Assembly: GCA_964196195.1 (NCBI GenBank)
Contig: CAXMSE010000039.1
Location: 66,329 to 130,328 of the forward strand
Direction of reading: 5' to 3'
DNA length: 64,000 nt
Source of the DNA: an uncultured Gammaproteobacteria bacterium
GTDB taxonomy: Bacteria; Actinomycetota; Acidimicrobiia; Acidimicrobiales; Aldehydirespiratoraceae
Shown one piece after another: positions 30,892-41,041 of this stretch. Each line of letters begins with the position of its first letter. Position 1 is the first letter of the stretch. Under the pieces are notes generated by a model, which was not told where the DNA came from, did not search any database, and saw only the letters and a program-made list of their open reading frames with translations. Position numbers and translations under genes: made by a program.

Positions 30892-32625
30892 ATGACCGAT
30901 CCCGTCTACGACCCGATTGCCGTCTTCGCAGCTACCCTCGCCGGCCATGGCGTGGTCGATGTGGTCATCAGTCCGGGCTCACGATCGACCCCCCTGGCCG
31001 TCACCTTCCACGCCCGGCCCGACATGCGCACATGGATCCAACTCGATGAACGATCAGCGGGGTTCTTCGCTCTCGGCCAGGCCAAGGCCACCGGTCGCCC
31101 ATCGGTGCTCATCTGCACGTCGGGCACTGCCGCAGCCAACTATCTGCCTGCCATCGTGGAGGCCAACCATGCGGGAGTGCCTCTGATCGTGTGTACCGCC
31201 GACCGGCCCCCGGAGCTGAGGGGCTGGGGAGCGGGGCAGACCATCGACCAGGTCGAGATGTTCGGTACCAACGTCCGCTGGTTCGTCGACCTGCCCGATC
31301 CGAGCCAGTGGAGCGGGCAGCAGGCTTCGATGGCGGCCATGAGGGCCCTCGACCGCTGCACCGGTCGCCGTCGTGGTCCGGTTCATCTCAACTGGCCCCT
31401 CCGCGAGCCGCTCGAGCCGGTGGGGGCTGTCCCCGTTCCCGATCTGATCCGGTCCCGCGAGAGCGATGTTCGCCCGTTTCAGCTCTCCGACGATGCCCTC
31501 GGTGAACTCACCGATCGGGAGAAGGGCGTCATCATCGTCGGGCCCGACATTGCCGCCAGCATCGCCGAGGAGCACGAGCTCGCGGAGTGGATCCTCGAGT
31601 TCGCGATGACCGTGGCCTGGCCGATCTTCGCGGAACCGATCACCCAACTCCGCCGCGGCCATCGACGCGGCGAGAAGTACGTGATGAACGCCATCGACCA
31701 TCTCTGCAAGCACTCCGATGTGGTTGACGCCTTGGTGCCAGACGTGGTGCTCCGCCTGGGCGCCAGCCCCACCTCGAAGCCGGTTCGCCAATGGCTCGAA
31801 CGAGTCCGACCCCCACACGTGGTGCTGATAGATCCCGAGGAACGGTGGAACGACGCCTCGTTCACCGCCACCGAACATCATGCCGCGCCCCTCGTGAGCG
31901 TTCTGGGAAGGGCTCGTCGCCTCGGTGCGGGTGCTCGCGAGCGAAGCCCGTGGCTCGATCGCTGGTGGGATCTCGACAAGGCCGCGTCGAGGGAGGTCGA
32001 TTCGGCTCTCGCCTCGGGCCCCAGGCTCAGTGGCCGCGTCGTGCGCGAGATGGTGGATGCCTTGCCCGAGGGAGCGGTGGTGATGACCTCCAACTCCATG
32101 CCGGTGCGCGACCTCGATGCGTTCCTTCCCAATGGGGGCGCCACTGTGTCGTTCGTGGCCAATCGAGGGGCCTCGGGGATCGACGGGATCACCTCCACCG
32201 CTCTCGGCCTGGCCTCCAAGACCCATGATCCGGTGCTTGCGTTCATCGGCGACTTGGCTCTGCTGCACGACGTGGGTGCCTTGTTCGGGGCCGCCCGAGC
32301 CGGACTTCATCTCACCGTTGTGTGCATCGACAACGACGGCGGTGGCATCTTCTCGCTCCTGCCGATTGCAGCCCGCGCCGACGACGTCGACTTCGAAACC
32401 CTTTTCGGTACGCCGCACGGCATCGACCTCGCCGCCCTCGACGGCACTGCGGGCGTGCGCGTCGTAGAGGTGGCTGAGCAAGACGATCTGGCGGCCCTAG
32501 TTGTCGCCGCCACGGCCACTTCCGAGCCCGGTGTCGACATCGTCTTGGTGCGCGTGGATCGCGATGCCGACGTCGCCCAACGTCGCGACATCACCGATGC
32601 GGTCGGCCGGGCCCTCCGAACGTGA
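30892..32625 (+). CDS. menD: SEPHCHC synthase (2-succinyl-5-enolpyruvyl-6-hydroxy-3-cyclohexene-1-carboxylate synthase), ThDP-dependent
   Basis: 577 aa. N-terminal motifs are VISPGSRSTPL and CTSGTAAANYLPAIVEA. The ThDP motif is GDLALLHDVG...NDGGGIF. It follows menF by 1 nt. Confidence 0.9.
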   Translation: MTDPVYDPIAVFAATLAGHGVVDVVISPGSRSTPLAVTFHARPDMRTWIQLDERSAGFFALGQAKATGRPSVLICTSGTAAANYLPAIVEANHAGVPLIVCTADRPPELRGWGAGQTIDQVEMFGTNVRWFVDLPDPSQWSGQQASMAAMRALDRCTGRRRGPVHLNWPLREPLEPVGAVPVPDLIRSRESDVRPFQLSDDALGELTDREKGVIIVGPDIAASIAEEHELAEWILEFAMTVAWPIFAEPITQLRRGHRRGEKYVMNAIDHLCKHSDVVDALVPDVVLRLGASPTSKPVRQWLERVRPPHVVLIDPEERWNDASFTATEHHAAPLVSVLGRARRLGAGARERSPWLDRWWDLDKAASREVDSALASGPRLSGRVVREMVDALPEGAVVMTSNSMPVRDLDAFLPNGGATVSFVANRGASGIDGITSTALGLASKTHDPVLAFIGDLALLHDVGALFGAARAGLHLTVVCIDNDGGGIFSLLPIAARADDVDFETLFGTPHGIDLAALDGTAGVRVVEVAEQDDLAALVVAATATSEPGVDIVLVRVDRDADVAQRRDITDAVGRALRT

Positions 32626-33377
32626 CGTCGCCTCTGGTGGTGCTCCACGGGTTCACCGGTTCGACAGCCACCATGGAGATGATCGCGGCGGCGTTTCGCG
32701 AGGAGCATCGGGTCCTTGTGCCGGACCTTGCCGGTCACGGACTCTCGCCTCACATCGAAGCGGACCCGGCCTCGTTCTCCGTCGATTCCATGGCCCGTGC
32801 GGTGGCCTCGCTGGTGGGTGAACCATTCCACCTGGTCGGCTACTCGATGGGTGGAAGGGTTGCTCTCACCCTTGCCTGCGAGCAGGCGCACCGGGTGAAG
32901 TCACTGTCGCTGATCGGAGCCTCGGCGGGACTCGCCACCGAGGACGAACGAGCCAGACGTGTGGTGGCCGATGAGGAACTGGCTCGTCGGATCATCAGCG
33001 AGGGAATAGAGAGTTTTGTCGACGCCTGGATGGCTAACCCGCTGTTCGCCACCCAGGCCCGCCTCGGCCCGGAGTACCTCGCCGCGGCCCGGGCCCAGAG
33101 GCTCACCAATGATCCCGCTGCCTTGGCCGCGAGCCTGCGCGCCGCAGGTACGGGCAGGATGCGGGCGCTGCACGGCGAACTCCACCGATGCGCGATGCCA
33201 GTGGGGCTCATCGTGGGTGCCGACGATCCGAAGTTTCGTACCATCGCCGACGAGCTGGCATCGTCTCTACCGAATGTCGCAGTCCATACGATCACCGATG
33301 CGGGCCACGCCACTCATGTCGAACAGCCGACCGCTACGGTCGCCGCCATCAGGTCCACCATCGAGGCGGCCGTGTGA
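32622..33377 (+). CDS. menH: Alpha/beta hydrolase, probable SHCHC synthase
   Basis: 251 aa with GTGA overlap with menD. VVLHGFTGS, the nucleophile elbow GYSMGGRVAL and a C-terminal DAGH are present. The assignment rests on its position between menD and menC. Confidence 0.7.
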   Translation: MTSPLVVLHGFTGSTATMEMIAAAFREEHRVLVPDLAGHGLSPHIEADPASFSVDSMARAVASLVGEPFHLVGYSMGGRVALTLACEQAHRVKSLSLIGASAGLATEDERARRVVADEELARRIISEGIESFVDAWMANPLFATQARLGPEYLAAARAQRLTNDPAALAASLRAAGTGRMRALHGELHRCAMPVGLIVGADDPKFRTIADELASSLPNVAVHTITDAGHATHVEQPTATVAAIRSTIEAAV

Positions 33378-34396
33378 TCGTAGATCTCAGGAACTACCGG
33401 CTTGGTCTCGTCTCTCAACTCAGCACCGCTCATGGCGTGGTGCATCAGCGTCGGGGCATTCTCGTGTCGGTCAGCGACGGTGAGCATGTGGGCTGGGGCG
33501 AGGCGGCTCCCATGCCGGGTTGGTCGAACAGCTCCCACGAGCTGGTCTCGGCTTCGCTAGCGGTGGCCGCCGCCAATCTCGATACCGACGTCGATGCCAC
33601 GCTCGACGCGCTCGACGCGGTACCCGAGGCTCGGGCCGGTCTCGCCGGGGCCCTGGCAGATCTCACCGCTCGTCGAAGGGGTCTCTCGTTGAGCCGATTG
33701 CTTGATCCCGACGCGTCCGCCTCGGTGGCCGTCAACAGCCTCGTGACCGCCTCCGACCCGGCCGAAGCCGCGGGTGACGCCCGCCTTGCCCTCGACAGCG
33801 GAATTCGAACCATCAAGGTGAAGGTCGCCGCCGAGAGCCCAACCCTCGATCTCAAACGGGTCGCCGCGGTCCGCGACGCGGTGGGGCCCCATGTGGAACT
33901 GAGACTCGATGCCAACGGTGGCTGGACCGTGCCGCTCGCGCTCGAGATGCTGGACGCGCTGGCCCCTCACCACATCTCGTTCTGTGAGGAACCGGTTAGC
34001 GGGATAGCGGCAATCGCCGAGGTCGGTGCGGCCAGCGCGGTGCCGGTGGGGATAGACGAGTCGGCCAGATCTGTCGATGATGTCGCGGAGGCCCTCGGCA
34101 CCGGCACCATCGACGTGGTCGTGGTGAAGCCCCAGGCGATCGGAGGCCCCGACGTGGCCATGCAGGCGATACGCCTGGTGCGCGAATTCGGCGCCACACC
34201 GATCGTCACGACGATGATCGACAGCGCGGTAGGCGTCGCCCACGCGCTCCACGTCGCCTGTGCGAGTGGTGTGGATTTGGCGCACGGCTTGGCCACATCA
34301 GCGCTATTGCGCGACGACGTCGCCGACCCACCGCCCGTCGTCGACGGACGGATGGCCGTGCCGACTGGGCCCGGGATCGGCGTCGGCCCCTTGTAG
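33374..34396 (+). CDS. menC: o-Succinylbenzoate synthase (enolase superfamily)
   Basis: GTG at 33374 overlaps the menH stop (GTGA). Motifs are IKVKV, LRLDANGGW, CEEP and IDES. About 340 aa. The track ORF's upstream extension lies inside menH. Confidence 0.8.
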   Translation: MIVDLRNYRLGLVSQLSTAHGVVHQRRGILVSVSDGEHVGWGEAAPMPGWSNSSHELVSASLAVAAANLDTDVDATLDALDAVPEARAGLAGALADLTARRRGLSLSRLLDPDASASVAVNSLVTASDPAEAAGDARLALDSGIRTIKVKVAAESPTLDLKRVAAVRDAVGPHVELRLDANGGWTVPLALEMLDALAPHHISFCEEPVSGIAAIAEVGAASAVPVGIDESARSVDDVAEALGTGTIDVVVVKPQAIGGPDVAMQAIRLVREFGATPIVTTMIDSAVGVAHALHVACASGVDLAHGLATSALLRDDVADPPPVVDGRMAVPTGPGIGVGPL

Positions 34397-34416
34397 GGCC
34401 CCAGTACCCTCCGGCC

Positions 34417-35022
34417 GTGGATCTCTTCATCGTTCGTCACGGTCGCCCCATGCGCCAGCTTGTCGGAGAAGGCGAAACCGCGGATCCAGGCCTTTCCGAC
34501 ATCGGCCTCGAACAGGCTCGCCGCACCGCCGATCTCCTCGAAGCCGAACGGATCGATCACATCGTGTCGTCCACGATGCGACGCGCCCGCGACACCGCCC
34601 TGCCGCTGGCGAGCCGACTCGGGTACGAGATCCAACATATCGACGACATCAAGGAGTCCGACCACCGCTCATCGATGTATGTCCCGCTCGAGGAGATGTC
34701 GGCCGACGATCCCGAGACGGCGCACTATTTCGAAGGCGACCTGATGGAGGTGATCTTCAGCGACGGCTATCACGTGTTCGAGGATCGCGTCGTGAGCGGC
34801 TTCCAACAGATCATCGACGCCAACCGTTCGAAACGGGTTGCGGTGTTCTGCCACAGGATGGTCACCGCCGTCTTCCTCAAGTCCATCCTCGGAGTCCACG
34901 ATGTGTTCTCCCTCAAGATCGACTATTGCGGCGTCACGCGCGTGCAGGCCGCCAGCCAGGGCCACCGCACCGTCCGCAGCATCAACGAGACTCAACACGT
35001 TCGCGATCTCATCCAGTGGTGA
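34417..35022 (+). CDS. Histidine phosphatase family protein (phosphoglycerate mutase-like)
   Basis: 201 aa. N-terminal LFIVRHGRP (RHG motif), SSTMRRARDTA, and a C-terminal H in VFCHRMV. Confidence 0.8.
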   Translation: MDLFIVRHGRPMRQLVGEGETADPGLSDIGLEQARRTADLLEAERIDHIVSSTMRRARDTALPLASRLGYEIQHIDDIKESDHRSSMYVPLEEMSADDPETAHYFEGDLMEVIFSDGYHVFEDRVVSGFQQIIDANRSKRVAVFCHRMVTAVFLKSILGVHDVFSLKIDYCGVTRVQAASQGHRTVRSINETQHVRDLIQW

Positions 35023-35068
35023 GCTTGAGTCCGCCATCTCAGTCGTCGAAGCCTCCTACGCTGATCTT

Positions 35069-35908
35069 GTGAATCTCACCCTCGTCGTTATGGCCGCCGG
35101 GCTCGGATCCCGGTTCGGCGGCACGAAGCAGCTTGCCGTCGTGGGCACCGACGGCGAAGCCTTCCTCGACTTCGCCATCCGTGATGCGGTCGATGCCGGC
35201 GTGGAGAAGGTCGTGCTGATCGTTCGCTCCGGCATCGAGGCCGATGTCCGACGCCATGTCGACGGTCACCACCGGGGGGTCGACATCGCCTACGTCTGCC
35301 AGGACGGCCACGGCCCGGCGCGGGAGAAGCCATGGGGCACCGGCCATGCCGTTCTCACCGCCGAGCCCGACGTCGACGGGCCCTTCGTCGTGATCAACGC
35401 CGACGACTACTACGGCCGTTCCACCTATTTCGCCCTTGTGGCCGCCGCTTCACATCTCAGCGACGACCGCGCCCTCTTAGCCGGGTTCCGCCTCGACCAG
35501 ACCTTGCCGGAGTTCGGCGAGGTGAGCCGCGGGGTCTGTGGTGTCGAAGGTGACGAACTCGTATCGCTGGTGGAGACCCATGGAATCGAGCGGCGTTCCG
35601 ACGGCACCATCCGCGCCACCGATCCCGAAGGGCCACTCGCCGACGACACCGTTGCTTCGATGAACTGCTGGGTGTTCCCCCACCGCCTGTTCGATGATCT
35701 CGAGGCCGGGTTCGCGGAATTCGTAGACCGTCACCGTGAGGAACCGAAAGCCGAATACCAGATTCCATCGGTGGTCCACCAGTTGATGGAGGCGGGGGAG
35801 ATCACTGTGGGTGTGGTTCCCACCGACGAACCCTGGGTTGGTGTCACCAACCCCCACGATCTGGAAGTTGCGCGCCGGCGGATCGCCGAGGTCCGCTCCG
35901 GCGGGTGA
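35069..35908 (+). CDS. Nucleotidyltransferase (sugar-phosphate NTP-transferase fold)
   Basis: GTG at 35069 gives VNLTLVVMAAGLGSRFGGTKQL (G-rich NTP-binding loop), followed by PWGTGHAV and VINADDYYG. The start is uncertain. Confidence 0.7.
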   Translation: MNLTLVVMAAGLGSRFGGTKQLAVVGTDGEAFLDFAIRDAVDAGVEKVVLIVRSGIEADVRRHVDGHHRGVDIAYVCQDGHGPAREKPWGTGHAVLTAEPDVDGPFVVINADDYYGRSTYFALVAAASHLSDDRALLAGFRLDQTLPEFGEVSRGVCGVEGDELVSLVETHGIERRSDGTIRATDPEGPLADDTVASMNCWVFPHRLFDDLEAGFAEFVDRHREEPKAEYQIPSVVHQLMEAGEITVGVVPTDEPWVGVTNPHDLEVARRRIAEVRSGG

Positions 35909-35957
35909 GAAAGGTCTACTCCGGGAACCGCTCGCTGGTTCGCGACGTCACACCGGT

Positions 35958-37379
35958 ATGAAGATCCTGCGATCCCTCACCATCGTTGCTGCCATCGCCC
36001 TCGTCGGCGCCGCCTGCGGCGACGACTCATCTATCACCTCGCCGATCGGTGATGACGGTTCCCTCAGCACCGGCGAAGGCACAACCTCCACCGTTGAACC
36101 AGGGCGGGGTTGGCTCGAGGGCGGCGACCTCGACTGGGTGGGCGGTTCGGACGGCTTCGTGGGAGATGCCGCACCGGGTGCGGTGGCTCTGGCCGACGAA
36201 GGCGCGGACTTGGCCGAGGAGCGGAGCGCCGACATAATCGCGCCGGTTCCCTCGCCCGACGACAACACCCCCTTGAGTGCGGGATCGATCAACGATGGCG
36301 GCGACGTCAATGCCTATCTCGAATATCGCGAGCGGATTCTCGGGGCAGGCTTGTCGGTACGGGCGCTGGACATCACCGAGTCGACCCTCATCACAGTGGT
36401 CGGAAACAATGGTCTGCCGGTGCTCGACGCGGCAGTTGAATTCTGGGATCCCACCGCCGACACCGATACGCCGATGGTCTCGCTGCGCACCACCGCCGAT
36501 GGCACGGTTCGGTTTCTCCCCGCCGCGATGACCGCTGACCGTTTCGATCGGTTCGACATCGACATTGTGGTCGGCGAGGTTCGCGAGATCGTCTCCTTCG
36601 ATCGTGGGGAGGATGCTGTCACGGTCGAGTTGCCGGTTGAGGGTGGGATCGATGGCTCGGTTCCCCTCGATATCCACTTCGTCCTCGACGCCACCGGGTC
36701 GATGGGCGACGAGATCAGCCGACTCCGCGACAACATGACCTCCATCGCCGAACAGATAGCGGCCCTGCCCAGCCGGCCCGATGTGCGGTTCGGGATGACG
36801 GTGTATCGCGACGTTGGGGACCTGTTTGTCACCCGCACCTTCGATCTCACCGATGACCTGACCGATTTCCTCGATGCTCTGGCGTTGGTTTCGGCCGAAG
36901 GCGGGGGCGACTACCCCGAGGCCATGGATGAGGCGCTGGCTGATGCCCTCGACAAGCCCGCGTGGCGGCGCGACGGGGCCGTCGAACTGATGATCCTCAT
37001 CGCCGACGCCCCACCCCAGGTCGGTCGCCAGGTCGAGTCGCCCTACACCGCCTCTGCGGTTGCGGCGGCCACTCAAGGGGTGAAGATATTCCCGGTGGCC
37101 GCGTCGGGCACCGATGATCAGGCCGAATACGTAATGAGAGAACTGGCCTTCGTCAGTGGTGGCCGGTTCGTGTTCCTCTCCTATGGCGTTGATGGCGCAG
37201 CCACCGGCGAAAGCACCGATATCTCTCCCGACGACTACGACGAACTGCCTCTCGACCAACTCGTGGTGAAACTCGTCGAGGACGAGTTGGCCGCGTTGGC
37301 CGGAGAAGGCGCCGGCCCCCAGCCCAGCACCACGACCACAATCGACCCGGTTCAGACCACTACCACCGTGGATCAATAG
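35958..37379 (+). CDS. Secreted/lipoprotein von Willebrand factor A (vWA) domain protein
   Basis: ATG at 35958 gives MKILRSLTIVAAIALVGAAC (lipobox-like). The MIDAS motif is DIHFVLDATGSMGDEI, followed by LILIADAPP. Confidence 0.8.
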   Translation: MKILRSLTIVAAIALVGAACGDDSSITSPIGDDGSLSTGEGTTSTVEPGRGWLEGGDLDWVGGSDGFVGDAAPGAVALADEGADLAEERSADIIAPVPSPDDNTPLSAGSINDGGDVNAYLEYRERILGAGLSVRALDITESTLITVVGNNGLPVLDAAVEFWDPTADTDTPMVSLRTTADGTVRFLPAAMTADRFDRFDIDIVVGEVREIVSFDRGEDAVTVELPVEGGIDGSVPLDIHFVLDATGSMGDEISRLRDNMTSIAEQIAALPSRPDVRFGMTVYRDVGDLFVTRTFDLTDDLTDFLDALALVSAEGGGDYPEAMDEALADALDKPAWRRDGAVELMILIADAPPQVGRQVESPYTASAVAAATQGVKIFPVAASGTDDQAEYVMRELAFVSGGRFVFLSYGVDGAATGESTDISPDDYDELPLDQLVVKLVEDELAALAGEGAGPQPSTTTTIDPVQTTTTVDQ

Positions 37380-37404
37380 ACCATCGGCAAGGGTGGGCTT
37401 TCGG

Positions 37405-38052
37405 TCAGCTGAAGGGATTCTCCGGCCGAGCTGTCGCCTGGCCGTCGACCTCGATGTCGACTCTCTCGTTGTAGAAGCAAATGAGGCCCTTCACCGGAGC
37501 CGACTCGGGCAGTGGATCGTCGTACCCCCAGGCGATGTCGGTGTGCTCCTCGCCGCCGACAGTGGCTGACCAATAACGAGCCACTCCCTTGTAGGGGCAA
37601 CCCGTCGACGTATCGGTAGGACTGAGCAGGTCGAGGCGGACATCGTCGGCGGGCAGGTAGTAGCGAGGGATGAGCCCGGTCTCGAACAGGATCGTCGGGT
37701 TCCGCGAGTCGGCGACAATCTCGCCTTGGACCTTCACCACCACATGGCGTGACGAGGCAAGCGCATCGATGCGCGCATACGGACTGCGGGGATGGACGAA
37801 GACCTCCTCATTCTCCTCGAACCAGCGATCGACCGTCCCCCAATCGAGCTTCACATGGCCGGGCAACTCCTCGATCGTGGAGGCGGGAAGGCTGTCGTCG
37901 TGGACGTCGGCCTCGGGGATGTACCAGAAGGGGTAGTACTTGTGTTCCCACACCAACTGGGCACTACGGGTGTCGACCACGGTTCGGTCGCCGATCGTTC
38001 CGCGGATCCATTTCGATGTCGGCTCAATGCGTTCGATGCTCATGACTCCCAC
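37405..38052 (-). CDS. DUF427 domain protein (two tandem DUF427-like halves)
   Basis: 215 aa. W(I/V)RG...(V/I)ADS...YYP...D recurs twice (SKWIRGTIGDRTVVDT...HKYYPFWYIP and VVKVQGEIVADS...IPRYYLP), plus CPYKG. The start is at 38052 or 38043. Confidence 0.7.
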   Translation of the reverse strand: MGVMSIERIEPTSKWIRGTIGDRTVVDTRSAQLVWEHKYYPFWYIPEADVHDDSLPASTIEELPGHVKLDWGTVDRWFEENEEVFVHPRSPYARIDALASSRHVVVKVQGEIVADSRNPTILFETGLIPRYYLPADDVRLDLLSPTDTSTGCPYKGVARYWSATVGGEEHTDIAWGYDDPLPESAPVKGLICFYNERVDIEVDGQATARPENPFS

Positions 38053-38100
38053 AACTCACCCACGCCGTCGAAGATTCCCATCGCGTGCCAGACTCCGGAG

Positions 38101-39657
38101 GTGCTTCCTCCCGTTGTGACCCGTTACGCGCCCAATGCGATGGTGTCCACCATCGACCACCTCGCCACCCATGCCGGACTCGAGCTCCTGGGTCGGGGGG
38201 GATCGGCCGTCGATGCGGCCATCGGCGCCAACGCCGTGTTGTCGGTGACGTCGTCGCACATGTGCGGAATGGGAGGCGACTTGTGGGCGCTCGTCCACAC
38301 CGGCGATGGAGCCCCCGGCACTCTCGACGCGTCGGGTAGAGCGGGTTCGGGCGCGGATCCTGATGAGGCCCGAGCGGCCGGTCTCCACCACATCCCGCTC
38401 AAGGGCGACGTTCGGGCCATCACCGTGCCCGGGGCGGTCGACGGCTGGCTGGCTCTTCACGAGCGCTATGGGCGACTGGAACTGGCCGACGTGTTCGCAG
38501 CTGCCGTGGGATTTGCCGAGGACGGGTTCGCGGTCGCTCCCTTGCTGGCCAGGGCGGCACCGCTCGTGGCCGGAATCGCTCACAATGAGCTGCCTCCCGC
38601 TCCCCACACAGGTGAGCTGGTGACCCGGCCGGGGTCGGCCCGCGCTCTGAACGCCATCGCGGCGCACGGTCGTGAGGGCTTCTACGGAGGCGAGTTCGGC
38701 GAGTGCCTTCTCGCTGTCGGTCCGGATCAGTTTGGAGCGGACGACCTCGTCGAGTCGCAGGCTCGATGGGTCGAGCCGGTTTCGGTCGATGCGTTCGGTC
38801 ATCGTCTCTGGACGCCGCCCCCGACCAGTCAGGGATACATCACGATCCTCGGTGCTGCGATCGCCGACGCGTTCGACCTCACCGAGGACGGTGCCGGTAC
38901 CCACTTGCTGATCGAGTCGGCCGTGCAGGCGGGCCACGATCGACCCATTGCCCTCTACGAAGGCGCCGATCCGGCCGCGCTGCTCGCGCCCGAACTGATC
39001 CGCCATCGGCAGGGCCAGATCGACCCCGACCAGGCGGGCCGGGTCGATGTTCCGGCCTTCGATGGCGACACCACCTACCTGTGCGTGGTCGACGCCGACG
39101 GCATGGGTGTGTCGCTGATCAACTCCAACGCCAGTGGCTTCGGTGCCCACATCGTGGCCGGATCGAGCGGGATATTCCTGCACGATCGTGGCCTCGGATT
39201 CTCTCTCGAGCCCGGCCATCCCGCGGAGTACGGGCCGGGCCGCCGGCCTCCCCACACGCTGGCCCCGGCGCTCGTCACGCGAGGCGATGGTTCCTTGAAG
39301 GCTGTGCTTGGCACGATGGGTGGAGATTCCCAGCCCCAGATCCTGTTGCAGATCCTCGCCTCGATGCTGGTGCACGGCCGCGACCCGGGCCGTGCCCTGA
39401 GCGAGGGGCGCTGGAGCCTTGCCGCCGTCGATGGGGGCGGGTTCGATACGTGGAGGGCGGGTCATGGGCGCCGTGTCGAGCTTGAAGATCATGTCGAGTC
39501 CGAGGTCGGCGAGGCTCTTGTTTCCAGAGGCCACGATGTCGGCATGGGTGGACACGGAAGCTTTGGTCATGCCCACGCCATCGAGGTGACCGAGCACGGC
39601 ACGCTCGCAGGAGCAGCCGACCCCCGCGCCCTCACCGGTGTGGCATCGGGGATCTGA
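38101..39657 (+). CDS. ggt: Gamma-glutamyltransferase family protein
   Basis: LELLGRGGSAVDAAIGANAVLSV...CGMGGD is present. The nucleophile region is FDGDTTYLCVVDADG, followed by PPHTLAP and GTMGGDSQPQ. Start is uncertain among GTG 38101, GTG 38116 and ATG 38140. The upstream track extension is antisense to the DUF427 gene. Confidence 0.8.
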   Translation: MLPPVVTRYAPNAMVSTIDHLATHAGLELLGRGGSAVDAAIGANAVLSVTSSHMCGMGGDLWALVHTGDGAPGTLDASGRAGSGADPDEARAAGLHHIPLKGDVRAITVPGAVDGWLALHERYGRLELADVFAAAVGFAEDGFAVAPLLARAAPLVAGIAHNELPPAPHTGELVTRPGSARALNAIAAHGREGFYGGEFGECLLAVGPDQFGADDLVESQARWVEPVSVDAFGHRLWTPPPTSQGYITILGAAIADAFDLTEDGAGTHLLIESAVQAGHDRPIALYEGADPAALLAPELIRHRQGQIDPDQAGRVDVPAFDGDTTYLCVVDADGMGVSLINSNASGFGAHIVAGSSGIFLHDRGLGFSLEPGHPAEYGPGRRPPHTLAPALVTRGDGSLKAVLGTMGGDSQPQILLQILASMLVHGRDPGRALSEGRWSLAAVDGGGFDTWRAGHGRRVELEDHVESEVGEALVSRGHDVGMGGHGSFGHAHAIEVTEHGTLAGAADPRALTGVASGI

Positions 39658-39680
39658 ACTGGGGTCCGCTCACCGGGTGC

Positions 39681-41018
39681 TCACCCCAGCAGATCGGTGA
39701 CCACGTCGTGGTAGAAGCGGGTGGTGAGGTGGAGCGACTCGACGTCGATGCGCTCATCATGGCCGTGGAAGCGTGAACCGAACTCAGCGGGCGACACAGA
39801 GGGGCTGAGCAGGCCGGCGCCGTAGGCGATCGCCCCCAGCTCGCGGTGCACGCGTGCGTCGGTGAACCCGGGGCTGATCAGGGGCAGGAGGCGACTTGCC
39901 GGGAAGGGCCGGTTGGCGGCGCGCTGCATGGCATCCCAGAGTGGGGTGTTGGGTTGGCTCACCGACGACTCATCGTTCATCAGGGCGGTGGTCTCGACAT
40001 CGTCGTAGAGATCGCCGAGTGCGGCGCGCAGGTGGGCTTCCACCTCAGGGGCACCTTCGCCGGGCAGCGTGCGGACATCGACATCGATGTCGACGATGTC
40101 GGGAATCACGTTGGTCTTGGTCTGGCCTACTGCTGCGTTGGGCGAGAATGTCGTATGGGAGCAGGCGTGGAGATGGCTGGCTGCGGGCCGGCTGGGCATC
40201 GCCTCGAGGGCCTCGTCTATCGCTCCATCGTCGAGTAGGACCTGCTTCATCTCGGGAGCCAGGTCCATGGCCTCGACCTGGGGCCGCCAGAAGTCGTGAA
40301 ACCGGGCCGGCGGGCGATAATCGGCGAGCCGCTGGACGATCGCTGCAGCCTTCACCAGAGCGTTGTCGGTGCGAAAGGGCATCGAACCGTGGCCCGGCAA
40401 CCCGCGCACGCGGAGCCGACGCCATGCCACACCCTTCTCACCGACGGTCATGGAGATGGCCGGCGCATCGGAGGATCCATTGTGGAGTCCACCGTTTTCG
40501 GTGAGGACATAATTTGTCCTGATCGCCTCGGGATGATTGTCGCCCATCCAGCGCGCTCCGTAAGCCGAGCCGGACTCCTCGTCGGCCACTGCGAGGAAGA
40601 CCAGATCGCCGCGGGGCTTCCAGCCTGCCTCGGCCAGGTTCCGGGTGACCACTGCCATGGTGGCGGTGAGATTGAGCATGTCGACCGCGCCCCGGCCCCA
40701 CACCTCGCCGTCGATGATCTCTCCACCGAACGGGTCCTCGCGCCAGCCGTCGGGGCTGACAGGCACGACGTCGGTGTGACCGTTGAGGCAGAGGCTGGGT
40801 GCTTCGGGGTCGGACCCCTCGATCCGGGCCACGAGTGAGGTGCGTCCCGGTGCCGCGTGGTAGCGCTCGACATCGAGGCCTGCGCCTTCGAGGTAGTCGG
40901 TGAGTAGATCGGCGTTACGGATCTCCTGACCGGATTCTTCGGTGCCCTCATTGACACACTCGTTGCGGATCAGCGCTTGCAGTAGTTCGACGGTCTCGTC
41001 GCCGCGGGGTTCGGTCAT
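39681..41018 (-). CDS. M20/M25/M40 family metallopeptidase (dipeptidase-like)
   Basis: NGHTDVVP, VADEESGS and GHG...PF are present, and length is typical. I chose ATG 41018 (MTEPRGDETVELL). The TTG at 41054 would overlap the divergent neighbour. Confidence 0.85.
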   Translation of the reverse strand: MTEPRGDETVELLQALIRNECVNEGTEESGQEIRNADLLTDYLEGAGLDVERYHAAPGRTSLVARIEGSDPEAPSLCLNGHTDVVPVSPDGWREDPFGGEIIDGEVWGRGAVDMLNLTATMAVVTRNLAEAGWKPRGDLVFLAVADEESGSAYGARWMGDNHPEAIRTNYVLTENGGLHNGSSDAPAISMTVGEKGVAWRRLRVRGLPGHGSMPFRTDNALVKAAAIVQRLADYRPPARFHDFWRPQVEAMDLAPEMKQVLLDDGAIDEALEAMPSRPAASHLHACSHTTFSPNAAVGQTKTNVIPDIVDIDVDVRTLPGEGAPEVEAHLRAALGDLYDDVETTALMNDESSVSQPNTPLWDAMQRAANRPFPASRLLPLISPGFTDARVHRELGAIAYGAGLLSPSVSPAEFGSRFHGHDERIDVESLHLTTRFYHDVVTDLLG

Positions 41019-41041
41019 GGGTTCAGTTTCGACCAAGTCGA

